From Callorhinchus milii (Eukaryota), in NCBI RefSeq assembly GCF_018977255.1, contig NW_024704742.1, positions 31,992,001 through 32,056,000 on the forward strand: a stretch of DNA of 64,000 nucleotides. Direction: 5' to 3'. A model generated the notes under the pieces. It worked only from the letters and a program-made list of their open reading frames with translations, searched no databases and was not told the origin of the DNA. Positions 18,141-31,240 of the stretch are shown piece by piece. Every line of letters starts with the position of its first letter. Positions within the stretch are counted from its first letter, which is position 1. The translations under genes were made by a program, and so were the position numbers.

Positions 18141-19082
18141 TTGATACTGATCGGTCAGAACAGTAGAGGTCCTGGCATCAAGGGCGAATGCAAACTACAT
18201 CTCCCGGGCACAAAATGGTTAGGAAACTAGCATCAGCAAATTGTCTGTAAATAATTACAAAAGCCTTCAACAAATTGCTGGAAAAANTAAGCCCCTCTAC
18301 CCCCTCCTCTGGCCTCCAGTCAACCATTTCCACATTGTTGATCCTGTTCCCAACATCTTTGTCCTCCCTTATTCTTTGAATGAAGCCACCACCCACTCCT
18401 CGAACATATAGCCACATCTCTCTGGCCACCCAAACTCCCTTCTTCACACCTTTGCTAGCCAATCATTACTCTGCTTCTCCACTGGTACAGCACTCCCCGC
18501 CTTTCAAAACCACTGTCATCACCTCCTCCTGAAGAAACCGTCACTTGACCCTTCTCTGCTCTCCAGTTACCGAACGATCTCCAACTTGCCCTTCCTATCC
18601 AAAGCCCTGGAATGAGTTGTCACCTCCCAGCTTCACTTCTTCCTTGCAAGGTGGAACCCTCAAAGTGAGAATTCTGCCCAGACACGTGAAAATTTCCATG
18701 TGTAGGTGGCATACATATATGGAATTCTCAGTGTGGTTGGATACTTTCCAGCGTGGTGATGGGTTTCTGCACGCTTTAGACACTTTGCTGAAAAAGCCAA
18801 ATTTCATTGTAATAAGAATAATAATACTTGCATTTGCTTATAGCTCCTTTTGTGTCTGGAATCTCAAAGCCCTTCACTGGATATATTGTAAAGTGTAGTG
18901 ACTGAGTATTTTGTAGAGGAATGCGCCAGTGGGTTTTGTCTGCTGTAGATTAGCGATTGCATTTATTTACACAACTAAAGTTACCATTCTTTGTAAATCA
19001 TTGTGTGAAGCATTCCAACACAGAGTACCACATCAATTTTAATGCCTGTTTTGTTATTTATTCCCTTTTGTTTCCTCTTTAG

Positions 19083-19385
19083 TTGCTCCCACTGTTGTCA
19101 TAGAACCGTATCCAGACATCCCTGTGGCTGACAGTGGAGAAAGCACCATAGCCACCTGTCTAGCAAAAAATGCAAAGCCAGCCGCTTCTATACATTGGAA
19201 AGGTCCTTTCATTGTCAGTTTTACTCAGAGTGCCACACGTCCTGCTCCTGATGGAACTGTAAACGTCTCAAGCCCACTTCGTCTATCTGCAACCAGAGAG
19301 ATGAATGGACAGTACGTTTACTGTGTGGTGGAACATCCAGCACTGAAGACTGCTGAACAATTGGGTTATCAGTCAAACATACATT
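19083..19385 (+). CDS. Exon of a nectin/PVR/CD200-like Ig-superfamily gene: membrane-proximal C-type Ig domain
   Basis: AG/GT-bounded 303-nt phase 1-1 exon: APTVVIEPYPDIPVADSGESTIATCLAKNAKPAASIHW...DGTVNVSSPLRL...NGQYVYCVVEHPAL (C..PAA.I.W...CxVxHP pattern). Confidence 0.8.
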
Positions 19386-21649
19386 GTATGTATAACCATC
19401 TCTTCCTACACTGTTTTAACGTCCGGTTCAGTAAATACACAGTTTAGTAACACTTGTTAATGCCATTTTAGTAAATACACATAATAGAAGTAACAGTTGT
19501 TAATGCTGCTGTTTCTCCTTTCAACTTTCCAGTCAGTTTTCAGTTACATCATCAAATCTTGGAGGAGTTTTAAATTTCTGGGGTAAGGTTTTCATACATA
19601 GCTCCCATCCACACCTTCTCAACTCAGTCATTGACCTCATTGACCTGCACATTGAACACTCTCTCTCTCTCTCTGTCTCGCAGGCATACAAGTTCTCATT
19701 AGTTCTACTTTCTCTGCTTAACGCTTCAAATTTTACTTCCTGCACTATTGCTCCCCACATCCCACACCTCCTGCTGAGACACTTACACCGCTTCCAAACT
19801 CAACTATTGCAACAACCTACTGCTCCGCAGATCCTCAGCTGCTTCCGACACAAGTTACAGACCATCCAGAACTCTGCAGCGTGTGGCATCTCCTGGAGCA
19901 GGCTCTGTGAGCACATCAGCCCATCCTCACTCAGCTTCACTCGTTTCCTTTCTGCTCCCTTTCAAATGTCTCCATGGCCTACCATCACCCCACCTCTTCT
20001 ATCGCTTGTGTTCCATTCTTGTTCTTGTGCTCAGCAAATTTTGCCAGCTTCACCTATCCCTCTCTGAAACTCCATCCTTGTGTCCCTGCATCTTGTCTCA
20101 TGCTTTCCTGTTTGCTCATCTTTTGTACTATAGTACTGACCAAGTGAAAAGTCAAATTCTCTCTCTGTCGCATGCAGACAACAATTATGCATGCATCTCA
20201 GGCTTATTGAGATATTCTTTATTACATGAAAGATTTGGAAAATTATGAGATTCCAATTTTATAGTCAATTACACTAATAATGCTTTGTTTCGTGGACTGA
20301 GAATCACAGCATGTGAAGACTCGTATCACCACTAACTGAATTGAACCTATTTAACAAATGTATTTGGGTACTTGGAGCAGGCAGAGAAAGAATGTTTACC
20401 ACTTTATGATCTGAATTAATGCTCTGTTCTGAAACAAAATTGAAAGATCATTGTTCTACTTACAGTATGCAATCTTTTGTCCGTCTCTTCCACCATTGTC
20501 CTGTTTTGCTTCATTGTTTATGATTTTACTAGATTCATATCAGGATAACAGTCTTTTGTTTTATTTAATAAAGTTCTACAAGAGTCTTCAAACTTTCTAG
20601 CTTTCACAGCAGAATTGTTATAGTGGAGTTTTATCTGTCTATACTTCTCTGGAGAAAACTTTCCTGAATCTTCCAAATCTTGAATTTTGAATCGTCCTTG
20701 GAATCTACATTCTTTGAATCTCCATTTTCGAATATCTCATTGAATCTTAAATCTGCTCTACACTAAACTAACTGAACAGAACTTTGCATTAATATACCTG
20801 TTGAACTTTGCAATATTACATAGTGGGCTCCTCCCTTTGTGAGTGGAAGTGGGCTGAGATGGTTGGAGGGTATCTCCAATCAAATGCTACCCCTTTTTAA
20901 AAATAAGCAGCTGTGTTTAGCTGTTTTTCCTCTTGATTATTCTGAGCTTATCCATCTTTTGGATAGGCGGACAATTAGACGAGGAATTTGGAAATATAGT
21001 CTTTAATCCTTAAGTTAAAACTGCTTGAAGTGTGTTAGAAACATCTCTTCAATCTCCTGGCACCAAATGGTCCAGTGATCTCATCTGCTATATTGTTGCA
21101 GGAGAAATTTATTTCCCTTGATATAAGTTTCCATTCTTCTTTATTGTTTTTGGTACCTTTTACAGATTGATTTAGACTGTTTTTACTTCATGTCTGGTTA
21201 ATATTAAACTGACCTCTTTATAAACCTATTGTGTTGACAAAACAATGGCATTTTGATTGAGCAATCGACAAACCTTTGGCATTTGAATAACTTGACCAAA
21301 TTCACCCCTTTTACAGCTTGAATTCAGCTCTTCTGAGCCACAAATTTAAGTTGGACTTTTCCTTCCGCTTAGTTTTTAGAATAATAATCCTTGCATTTGA
21401 TGTAGCACTTTATCATATCATTGTTTCCAAAAAGTTACACAGCTTATTTGTAAGGCTTAGTGACTTCATTTGTAGTCAAATACGGCAGTCAATTTGTTCT
21501 ATGTCCCACACACAGCCATGAATTGAATGATCATTTTTTGTTATTTGGGAGATTATTGGCCAGGACACTGGGAGAAGGTCCCTTCTCTTGTTGAATATTG
21601 CCATGGAGTGTGGATTTTGAAGTAGATTTTAAAATGGTATTTTTTTCAG

Positions 21650-21755
21650 ATGTGCCATCAGTTGCCATTACAGTTGTGAAGACTGACCAAGATAATTTAC
21701 AGCTGAAATGTAATGCAGATGCTAATCCTCCATCTACAGGAATCAGATGGACAAG
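21650..21755 (+). CDS. Exon of the same Ig gene: first half of the third Ig domain
   Basis: TTTTTTCAG acceptor and GTGAG donor; in frame with the previous exon: YVPSVAITVVKTDQDNLQLKCNADANPPSTGIRWTR (nectin-like C.A.ANPP...W). Confidence 0.78.
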
Positions 21756-22125
21756 GTGAGGAAATGTCTCTGTTATAGTGACTGGGCTTATTTTTGGTCA
21801 TCTTGATGTTTGTCACATATGGAAACCTATCACCATGCTTAACAGTATCCGAATCAGAGTTCCAATTATGAATGCCACTTACAAATGGAAAGTTTTGAAA
21901 TTGCCTTTACACTTATAAGCACCGAGCTCAAATTCAGTGCCGACTGAGAAAATTGAACTTTTCTGTCTCTGCTGACTAGAAGAGCACCAGTGACACTGAC
22001 CTGTGTCCATTTCCAAGGGAAATTAAAATGATAACAATCCTTGCATTTCATATAGCGCTTCATCACGTATTCAAGATGTCTCAAAGTGCTTCACAGAATA
22101 TAGTGTAAAGTGAATTGACTGGAAA

Positions 22126-23863
22126 CAATAGAGCCTCACTAATCCGGTCACTCAAGTGGCTGGTATAAGTGGCCTACTTAGTGAGGTGACCTGACGACTG
22201 AAACAGGCCGGGTGATTCAGGTCATTGATGTAATGTTAAGGGCATTGGTAATGGGCAAAGGTGATAAACATTCAACAACCTTACTTTGCAATTTCATTAA
22301 ACTAAAGGCATTGTCACATTTAAAACAGATCTTAGGTTTCATTATTTAAAGTTCACACAAGAGGTTAAAATCACACAACATGTTCATTTCTTGAAGAAAG
22401 AGTCCAGCATTGTTTGCCTGGCTGCTGATTAACCTGCACTGCCTTGGCCAGCAGCTGACCCCTCAGCCTGAGCCAAAGTCTGCCACGAGTCAAGTCCATG
22501 ATCAAGGCAAAAGTCCTTCACTTGTCCCAACAAACCCAGTGCATCATCATAAGTGAGAGGGTTCTTTGATGTTGTTGGTTGCCCTTCCCGTTCGTTCTCC
22601 TGTTCCTTAGTGTCCCTGGTTCCTGCTAGAAACTCCTCCAATGGACATTACTGCCATCCCTCATTCAAGTCCTCAGTGGAGGGCACATCACTGCCAATGG
22701 CTACATTATCCTCGGCACTGAGGATAGGGTTGTCCAGTGACAGGCACTGACTGGCCTGAGCCAACAAATGGGCACATCATCATCAGGGTCCTCCACCACA
22801 GGCTCATCCACACTAAAGCCAGCCTTGGCAAAATACTTCTCTACTATTGATCTACGCACCATGTTGACTGCTGAATCAATCCAGATGACTGCATGAAGAA
22901 CATTGATGGATTGCTTCCAACCAGTGCAGCCATCATCACAAACTGAAAGGCTCCTGTCAGGGAGAGCCCTGAAAACAACACCAGATTCATCCATGTTAAA
23001 TATGTCCTTGGGTGCACAACCAACTGTAATCATAGGGAATTTATCCATCCAGTTGTTAACAGCACAGGCTCAATGTCACCCTTTTCCCCAGACACAATTG
23101 CAGACCCAATGTTGTGTCTGGACTTGAAATGGACAAGCCAGCCATTTGATGCCTTGAAACCAGTCTGGCCAAGTGATGCTGCAAAGCTGAGTGTTTTCTC
23201 CTGTACCATAGGGCCAGACACAGGCATGTTGAGACCACGGGCACGCTGGAACCACTCCCATGTAGGTTTATGAATGTCCTCAAACTGAAAGTTCAAACAC
23301 ACACATTTTCTATCAGTCTGTTGATTGTCTTCAAAAGCTGTGATGTATTCAGCCTTCCTTTTCAGAATGCATCCAACTTGTGTTCCACCAATGCCATAGA
23401 TAACAGCAAACTGTCTAATGACTTTTGCCCTCACTATTTTTGATTAAGTCCACTCCATCACGCGAGGACAACTCCATCTGTGGTGATGGCAAGAATTGGC
23501 AAGAGGAGCTCAGGATAGGTCGTGGGCGCGGGCGAAGTCGAATTCTTGCTTGCGGCGCTTCCGCGATCCCAACATTCCCCGAGCATGTGTGACCGGAGCT
23601 CACTCCGCACTCAGTAACAGCGTCAAGCAAACAGCACGTGCGGCCCGAGCCTAGTAGCGGAGGTGGGTGTTTATACCACGTTTGTGCAGGACGAGGGCGC
23701 TTGTAGCGGCCACAATCAATGATCGTTGTCCTGAATAGTGAGGTGCTGGTTAACTGAAGCAGACAGCCTATCGTGTAATATAGACCATGAAAGAGAGTGT
23801 TAAAATGTGCCCGTAATTGCGAGGTGGCTGATTACCGAGGAGACAGAAATTGGGTTTATACTG
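22126..23863 (-). mobile_element. Tigger/pogo-type DNA transposon remnant with degenerate, internally deleted transposase, nested in a SINE
   Basis: CENP-B-type HTH ORF 23030-23434 (WFQRARGLNMPVSGPMVQEK...FKASNGWL..FKSRHNI); DIFNMDESG motif near 23000; TIR-like ends CAATAGAGCCTCACTAATCCG and ...GGGTTTATACTG followed by TA. Confidence 0.85.
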
Positions 23864-24113
23864 TATTTTGTGGGAGAAACGCAGCAACTAATTCTGCAAG
23901 CAATGTCAAACAAACAGTCAAGTGACCAATTTATGATAATTGTTTTTTTNGAAGGAATTATTACCCCCGGAAATGTGATCCACCAATCGACTAACAACTG
24001 GGTTCCTACTTACTGCTCGGTAAACAGAGACGTGTGGAGTGAGGAAACTGCCAGGAATTGAACCCAGGTCTCTCGTTTAGGAGGCAAATGCTCTAACCAC
24101 TGAGTTACAGGAC
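23864..24113 (-). mobile_element. Head-side part of the SINE split by the Tigger element (tail part at ~22030-22121)
   Basis: SINE sequence AAGTGAATTGACTG|TATTTTGTGGG resumes after the transposon. Confidence 0.8.
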
Positions 24114-25595
24114 TGCAATAGTTGGAAAACACAATTGGCCATAGTTCAGGAATATTTGGTGCACTTTACCTGGTTCACATATGTTGATGTTGGGTGAATA
24201 CAAAACTGAGTTTGGCTGTGATGTTCCCAATGGTTGAACACATTTAAATATTAGCCACTTGAGTGAGGTACCGGAGGGAGCCCTGTGGACAAGATCCCAC
24301 AGAGAAGGAAAATGAATCAACACCTTCCAGAAGATAACAAAAGCTATGTAGTAAAGGTGAACTAAACGGGATGTGCTTCTTTAAGATTTGAAACTATTTC
24401 TCTTTTTCATAGAATGAATGATACAAACCCAATATTCAACAAAGTTGAATTATACAATACAGAAGGAAGCCATTAAGCCCATCATGTCCGTGTCAGCTCT
24501 TTGAAAGCTGTCCAAATTAGTCCCACTCCCCCACTCTCTCCCCATAGCCTATAAATTTGTCCTCCCCAAATATCTATCTACTTCTCTCTTGAAACTTGTT
24601 ATCGAATTGGCTTCCACCACCCTTTCAGGCAATGCATTCCAGATCCAAACAACTATAGCGTCTTCTCTAAGCTTTTGTGTAATATTTGTTTTCATGGTTG
24701 ATCTTCCAAGAAAGCCATGTTCTCCTGGCCACGTACTAACATTGTAGGGATCAATAGGCCTTGCCTGGCCGAGCAGAGAGCACGGTTCTCATTCCTCCTC
24801 TGCAGATCAACACTGAAAAAATAAGTGATTCACAAAAACCTAACTTGGATTTATAATATACAAAACCATAACTTCTCCTCTCAAAATGAAAATGAATAGA
24901 CCCTGGAAAAGGAGGAGGAAAAATCACTTAATTGGAAGTATGTGCTGCCACTTCATACTAGGCTTAGTTATGTTTCACTTAAAACTAGACTGCATTGTTA
25001 GATTCTGATCACCAATCTTACAATGTACGAAAGAATGTTGTTGACTGCATAAAAGACAAAAAAGGTTCCTACTTTTTTTTAAAAATTGAACAAGTATTCT
25101 TCACCAATTATTGCTCCTGCTTACATTCATCATTCCAATTCTGGCCATGAAGCACTGGACTATATAGGCCCGACTCTAAATCAATAAAAATGTAATAACC
25201 ATCAACTATATCAATATCTGCACTTTGACATTCTATAAGACACAAATAGAAAACAACTGACTTTACTGCAGTGTATTTCATGGAGCTTTTGGAATGTCTA
25301 GATTGGGATAGAGAGTCTGGGATAAATTGTGGTAACATGGGGGTTGAATAAATATTCTTTGCTTGGTTGCCTTAAAAATTCTTTTGAATCAGTTGCGATA
25401 GAAACATAATTTAGGAAACTTATCACCTATAGTGTTTTTGAAAGCAGAGCTAGGAACTGAATGGAAAACATTTCAAATCTGATTTTCAGAATTGAATTGA
25501 AAGTAACTGTTTAGAATGTGTGTGAATATATAGGGTAATAAAATTCACAAGCAAAGTTTATCAATTGACAAATCTTTTGAAATGTTTTATTTCAG

Positions 25596-25714
25596 GTGAA
25601 CCCCAACAACGGCTACACATTATAGTTTACATTATAATTGTGCTCCTTGTTACTGTAATAGCTGCTCTCTGCTTTCTTCTTATCCGTAAGAAAATTTGCC
25701 TCAACAAGCAATGA
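25596..25714 (+). CDS. Transmembrane exon of the Ig-superfamily gene
   Basis: TTTTATTTCAG acceptor, phase 1: EPQQRLHIIVYIIIVLLVTVIAALCFLLIRKKICLNKQ* (hydrophobic helix followed by basic RKK). Confidence 0.7.
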
Positions 25715-26739
25715 AGTACGGTCGGATATGTACTTATGAATGCAACAATTTTACACATCGCATCTTTTAACAAAGTTGGAATTTTTCTGGTGAAAGCCTA
25801 ATCGATGCAAATGTAATAACTCTTCTGGCAAGAAACTAACAAAAGCATTATATGTTTTGAAAATATTAATAATATTTTATTATTTATTTTATTTTGTTGA
25901 TACAATATAAAGCAGGAAAAGAAACAAGGACATGAAAGGGACAGAGTATAAAATTAGGAATTTTGATTTTGATGGAGAATGATGAATGTATATTCCTTTT
26001 TTTCCAACCCAATAAAAAAACAGTCTATTTAATACGCATGTCTCTGACTCCCATCGTAATGCACTTGCCTCTAACTATTAAATGCTGTTGCTGCTCACCT
26101 TAGTTAACTGAGCCAGAGGGTAAACATGTTGTGCTTGGCTCCTATCTCTACTGGCTGTGTTATGGTTAAAATTTTATTTGAGTGTTCTTTTGCATTGTTC
26201 GCTTATTACAGACAGTATTTATTGGGAACCTCTTCTGGGCAAATCCAAAGTATCATTCCCTCTCCTGTCTTGTTATTTACATCAGGTTTTGAAATTTCAA
26301 TTAAAATAATTATTATTATTCAATTAAAATACGCCTTATTCAAATAAAATGAAATCAGTGTTTAATCCAACGAGTCTACTTATTTATATTCTTCACACAC
26401 CTTAATCTAAGAACATTTGAAAGTCTTTACAAATTGTAACATTCTTCTCTCTAAATTCTGCCAATCACTATTACTGTGTAGCAGCACAGCATAATCAGAC
26501 TAGTGTTGTTGGGTATCTCTGCCACAAGAGGGTCACATCGTGGAACGTGAAATTACCAAAACCTCTTACTTCTTTCGCTTTGCTTTTAAATGAACTAATG
26601 GGCCTCCATATACAGCTCTTGTGATCTTATGCCTGACTGTGCAAGTGTTTGATGCTGTCATGGATATTGTGAAAATCAAGTGCCCCAAGAATTCACACTG
26701 CATCATTGCCTGCAGTGTTTGTTGACATTGACATAACAA

Positions 26740-27052
26740 AATAATAATAATCCTTGCATTTGATATAGCGCTTTTCACGTCTTCTCGATGTCTCAAAGCG
26801 CTTCACAGAATATGCTGTAAAGTGAATTGACTGAATTTGTGGGCGAAACGCGGCAGCCAATTGGGCCCAGCAGAGTCCCACAAACAGCCGTGGATTGAAA
26901 ATGACCAATTTATTATTATTTTGTTTTGGAGGATTATTATCAGGCGTGTGGAGTAAGGAAACTTGCCCAAGGTTTCGTCCTGACCTGCCTGGAATTGAAC
27001 CCAGGTGTCTCGCTTGCAAGGCGAGTGCTCTAACCACTGAGCTACAGGACTC
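26740..27052 (-). mobile_element. Full-length tRNA-head SINE
   Basis: (ATA)n tail at ~26740; reverse-complement head ending GGACTCC at ~27052. Confidence 0.85.
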
Positions 27053-27771
27053 CAAAGTCCCGCCGAGATCCATACTGTTACTTGCATTTGGCATAAAAGG
27101 ACATTAAGCTTTGTGACTCAGTTTATATTATTTTTCTACCAGTTTAGAAGGTGATCTATTCCATATTGAAATCCTCCGACTTTTCCAAATAAAAACATCC
27201 TTGTTTTCGCTCTCTGAACAATTTGCATTCATATCGCACCCCCCCCAAAACAAATGCTCCTGACACTGCCGGGTTCAAGACCTTTCCGATGAAATATAAA
27301 CCATGTCTCTACATCAATCGGTTATTACGTGATTGTTAGATACATAGACAGACAGACAGACATCGTTTTATTAGTTTATAAGATAAAATGTCTGTCTGTT
27401 TGTCTGTGTGGCAATCTATATTCCATATTGGCTCCTTTGGTTTCAAGCGTAGCTGCAACAGGTCCAGCTAGTATATTATAAAATGTAGAGACTGTGTGTT
27501 TTGGAGGAAAGACAGAGACAGCTCCAGTCAGCCAGCACGGCTCCCAGCTATAAACGCAATGCATGCGTACATACGTACTCTGTAATGCACGATGCCACAG
27601 CGCTACTTTGACTCGGTGGCCAGGAACGATGAAGATACCCGAAAACAAATATACCCATGTCACTCCAAGTTTCAAGACCCTTCCGATGAGGTATAATTCA
27701 TGTCACTACGTCAATCGGTTAGTGAGATCCTTCTTGAAGCACAGACAGACATTGCTGTTTTATTTGTATGC

Positions 27772-28082
27772 ATAATAATAATCCTTGCATTTGATATAGC
27801 GCTTTTCATGTGGTCAAGATGTCTCAAAGTGCTTCACAGAATATACTGTAAAGTGAATTGACTGTATATTAGTGGGCAAAACACAGCAGCCAATTGTGCA
27901 CAGCAGTATCCCACAAACAGGTGTGGATTGAAGTGACCGATATTAATATTGTTTTTTTCTTGAGGGATTATTATCAGGCGTGTGGAATAAGGAAACTTGC
28001 CCACGGTTTGGCACTGCCAGGAATCAAACTCCGGTCTCTCGCTTGTGAGGCGAGTGTTCTAACCACTGAGCTACAGGTCTCC
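27772..28082 (-). mobile_element. tRNA-head SINE (duplicated at ~43262-43563)
   Basis: Tail ATAATAATCCTTGCATTTGATATAGCGC and reverse-complement head CCACTGAGCTACAGGTCTCC. Confidence 0.85.
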
Positions 28083-28638
28083 TGTATATATAGAAGATAT
28101 ATACATATCATTTACACATTACAAAAGACTGCAAGAATAGGGTAACCGTGATAATGCCCCAGACAGAGTGACCAATGCTGGAATCAGCAACTTTATTGGC
28201 TGTTCACGATTTGCAGCTTTTCTCCCACCTAATTATACTTCTCAGGCTTTGTCAGAACAATTATTCATTCCCCTGTGCTCTCTTCTTCAATTCTGCGAAT
28301 TGTCTCCGAACTACTTTTTCAATTTAGTGGTTTTAATCTTCTAGAAAAGAAAACTCCCCAAAAGAGTGCAATTTAGATAGGAGCTGCATATGAAATGGTC
28401 TACAGAAGTGGTTATAAAAAGCAGCAGGAAGTATAAAGCACACCAGATGCTGTGATGGGGGAGGGTTTCTGGAGGATGAGATCAGATGGTCGAAAGGCCT
28501 TCTTCATTCAAATCGATCTTGTGATGACTGGACTGAGCTGACAAAATACTCAGCACTGTAACTAAAAGCAGTAGCACTGGGGATTTGTCAGGGGCCGGGC
28601 CTGCAAGATACTACACTGTATACATTGGAGATAATTTT

Positions 28639-28765
28639 TTATGTACAGCTAATGCATTACTGTACATCAGCAAGGTCATCAGTCACACAAGGCGGAATAT
28701 TCTCTATCCCAAGCATACAACTGCTAATGCCACAGATATTAGCAGGGCAGCAAATAAATGGGAGT
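28639..28765 (-). ncRNA. SNORA20: SNORA20-like copy with altered 3' hairpin
   Basis: Same 5' hairpin, H box AGAGAA and ACA box as 15578-15708; 4 nt shorter in the 3' hairpin. Confidence 0.65.
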
Positions 28766-28792
28766 TCAGTAAGTTGTACATGTTTTTCTTAC

Positions 28793-28838
28793 TTTTTAAC
28801 AAGTATCAGTTCATCATCGCATATCCTTTCTTGAACCA
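28793..28838 (-). pseudogene. TCP1: TCP1 exon 9 3' remnant with intact donor, fused to satellite
   Basis: VQERICDDELILVK then GTAAG. Confidence 0.85.
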
Positions 28839-31240
28839 GGACCGGCCCTTGCAGGGACCGGCCCTTGCAGGGACCGGCCCTTGCAGGGACCGGCCCTTGC
28901 AGGGACCGGCCCTTGCAGGGACCGGCCCTTGCAGGGACCGGCCCTTGCAGGGACCGGCCCTTGCAGGGACCGGCCCTTGCAGGGACCGGCCCTTGCAGGG
29001 ACCGGCCCTTGCAGGGACCGGCCCTTGCAGGGACCGGCCCTTGCAGGGACCGGCCCTTGCAGGGACCGGCCCTTGCAGGGACCGGCCCTTGCAGGGACCG
29101 GCCCTTGCAGGGACCGGCCCTTGCAGGGACCGGCCCTTGCAGGGACCGGCCCTTGCAGGGACCGGCCCTTGCAGGGACCGGCCCTTGCAGGGACCGGCCC
29201 TTGCAGGGACCGGCCCTTGCAGGGACCGGCCCTTGCAGGGACCGGCCCTTGCAGGGACCGGCCCTTGCAGGGACCGGCCCTTGCAGGGACCGGCCCTTGC
29301 AGGGACCGGCCCTTGCAGGGACCGGCCCTTGCAGGGACCGGCCCTTGCAGGGACCGGCCCTTGCAGGGACCGGCCCTTGCAGGGACCGGCCCTTGCAGGG
29401 ACCGGCCCTTGCAGGGACCGGCCCTTGCAGGGACCGGCCCTTGCAGGGACCGGCCCTTGCAGGGACCGGCCCTTGCAGGGACCGGCCCTTGCAGGGACCG
29501 GCCCTTGCAGGGACCGGCCCTTGCAGGGACCGGCCCTTGCAGGGACCGGCCCTTGCAGGGACCGGCCCTTGCAGGGACCGGCCCTTGCAGGGACCGGCCC
29601 TTGCAGGGACCGGCCCTTGCAGGGACCGGCCCTTGCAGGGACCGGCCCTTGCAGGGACCGGCCCTTGCAGGGACCGGCCCTTGCAGGGACCGGCCCTTGC
29701 AGGGACCGGCCCTTGCAGGGACCGGCCCTTGCAGGGACCGGCCCTTGCAGGGACCGGCCCTTGCAGGGACCGGCCCTTGCAGGGACCGGCCCTTGCAGGG
29801 ACCGGCCCTTGCAGGGACCGGCCCTTGCAGGGACCGCCCCTTGCAGGGACCGGCCCTTGCAGGGACCGGCCCTTGCAGGGACCGGCCCTTGCAGGGACCG
29901 GCCCTTGCAGGGACCGGCCCTTGCAGGGACCGGCCCTTGCAGGGACCGGCCCTTGCAGGGACCGGCCCTTGCAGGGACCGGCCCTTGCAGGGACCGGCCC
30001 TTGCAGGGACCGGCCCTTGCAGGGACCGGCCCTTGCAGGGACCGGCCCTTGCAGGGACCGGCCCTTGCAGGGACTGCAGGGACCGGCCCTTGCAGGGACC
30101 GGCCCTTGCAGGGACCGGCCCTTGCAGGGACGGCCCTTGCAGGGACCGGCCCTTGCAGGGACCGGCCCTTGCAGGGACCGGCCCTTGCAGGGACCGGCCC
30201 TTGCAGGGACCGGCCCTTGCAGGGACCGGCCCTTGCAGGGACCGGCCCTTGCAGGGACCGGCCCTTGCAGGGACCGGCCCTTGCAGGGACCGGCCCTTGC
30301 AGGGACCGGCCCTTGCAGGGACCGGCCCTTGCAGGGACCGGCCCTTGCAGGGACCGGCCCTTGCAGGGACCGGCCCTTGCAGGGACCGGCCCTTGCAGGG
30401 ACCGGCCCTTGCAGGGACCGGCCCTTGCAGGGACCGGCCCTTGCAGGGACCGGCCCTTGCAGGGACCGGCCCTTGCAGGGACCGGCCCTTGCAGGGACCG
30501 GCCCTTGCAGGGACCGGCCCTTGCAGGGACCGGCCCTTGCAGGGACCGGCCCTTGCAGGGACCGGCCCTTGCAGGGACCGGCCCTTGCAGGGACCGGCCC
30601 TTGCAGGGACCGGCCCTTGCAGGGACCGGCCCTTGCAGGGACCGGCCCTTGCAGGGACCGGCCCTTGCAGGGACCGGCCCTTGCAGGGACCGGCCCTTGC
30701 AGGGACCGGCCCTTGCAGGGACCGGCCCTTGCAGGGACCGGCCCTTGCAGGGACCGGCCCTTGCAGGGACCGGCCCTTGCAGGGACCGGCCCTTGCAGGG
30801 ACCGGCCCTTGCAGGGACCGGCCCTTGCAGGGACCGGCCCTTGCAGGGACCGGCCCTTGCAGGGACCGGCCCTTGCAGGGACCGGCCCTTGCAGGGACCG
30901 GCCCTTGCAGGGACCGGCCCTTGCAGGGACCGGCCCTTGCAGGGACCGGCCCTTGCAGGGACCGGCCCTTGCAGGGACCGGCCCTTGCAGGGACCGGCCC
31001 TTGCAGGGACCGGCCCTTGCAGGGACCGGCCCTTGCAGGGACCGGCCCTTGCAGGGACCGGCCCTTGCAGGGACCGGCCCTTGCAGGGACCGGCCCTTGC
31101 AGGGACCGGCCCTTGCAGGGACCGGCCCTTGCAGGGACCGGCCCTTGCAGGGACCGGCCCTTGCAGGGACCGGCCCTTGCAGGGACCGGCCCTTGCAGGG
31201 ACCGGCCCTTGCAGGGACCGGCCCTTGCAGGGACCGGCCC
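28839..31240. repeat. 16-bp satellite array (GGGACCGGCCCTTGCA)n, ~150 units
   Basis: Reverse complement of the 6.7-9.3 kb array; variant units at ~29836, ~30074 and ~30131. Confidence 0.98.

Larger units (their letters stand above)
26955..28838 (+). repeat. Segmental duplication X (direct copy at 42441-44287)
   Basis: Colinear, near-identical sequence with few substitutions/indels; matching ORF-track entries at both loci. Confidence 0.95.

Noticed and set aside
25108-25338. Minus-strand ORF with DLESGLYS resembling an Ig F-strand
   Set aside because: Wrong strand for the Ig gene, lacks the following Cys, and has no clear splice sites
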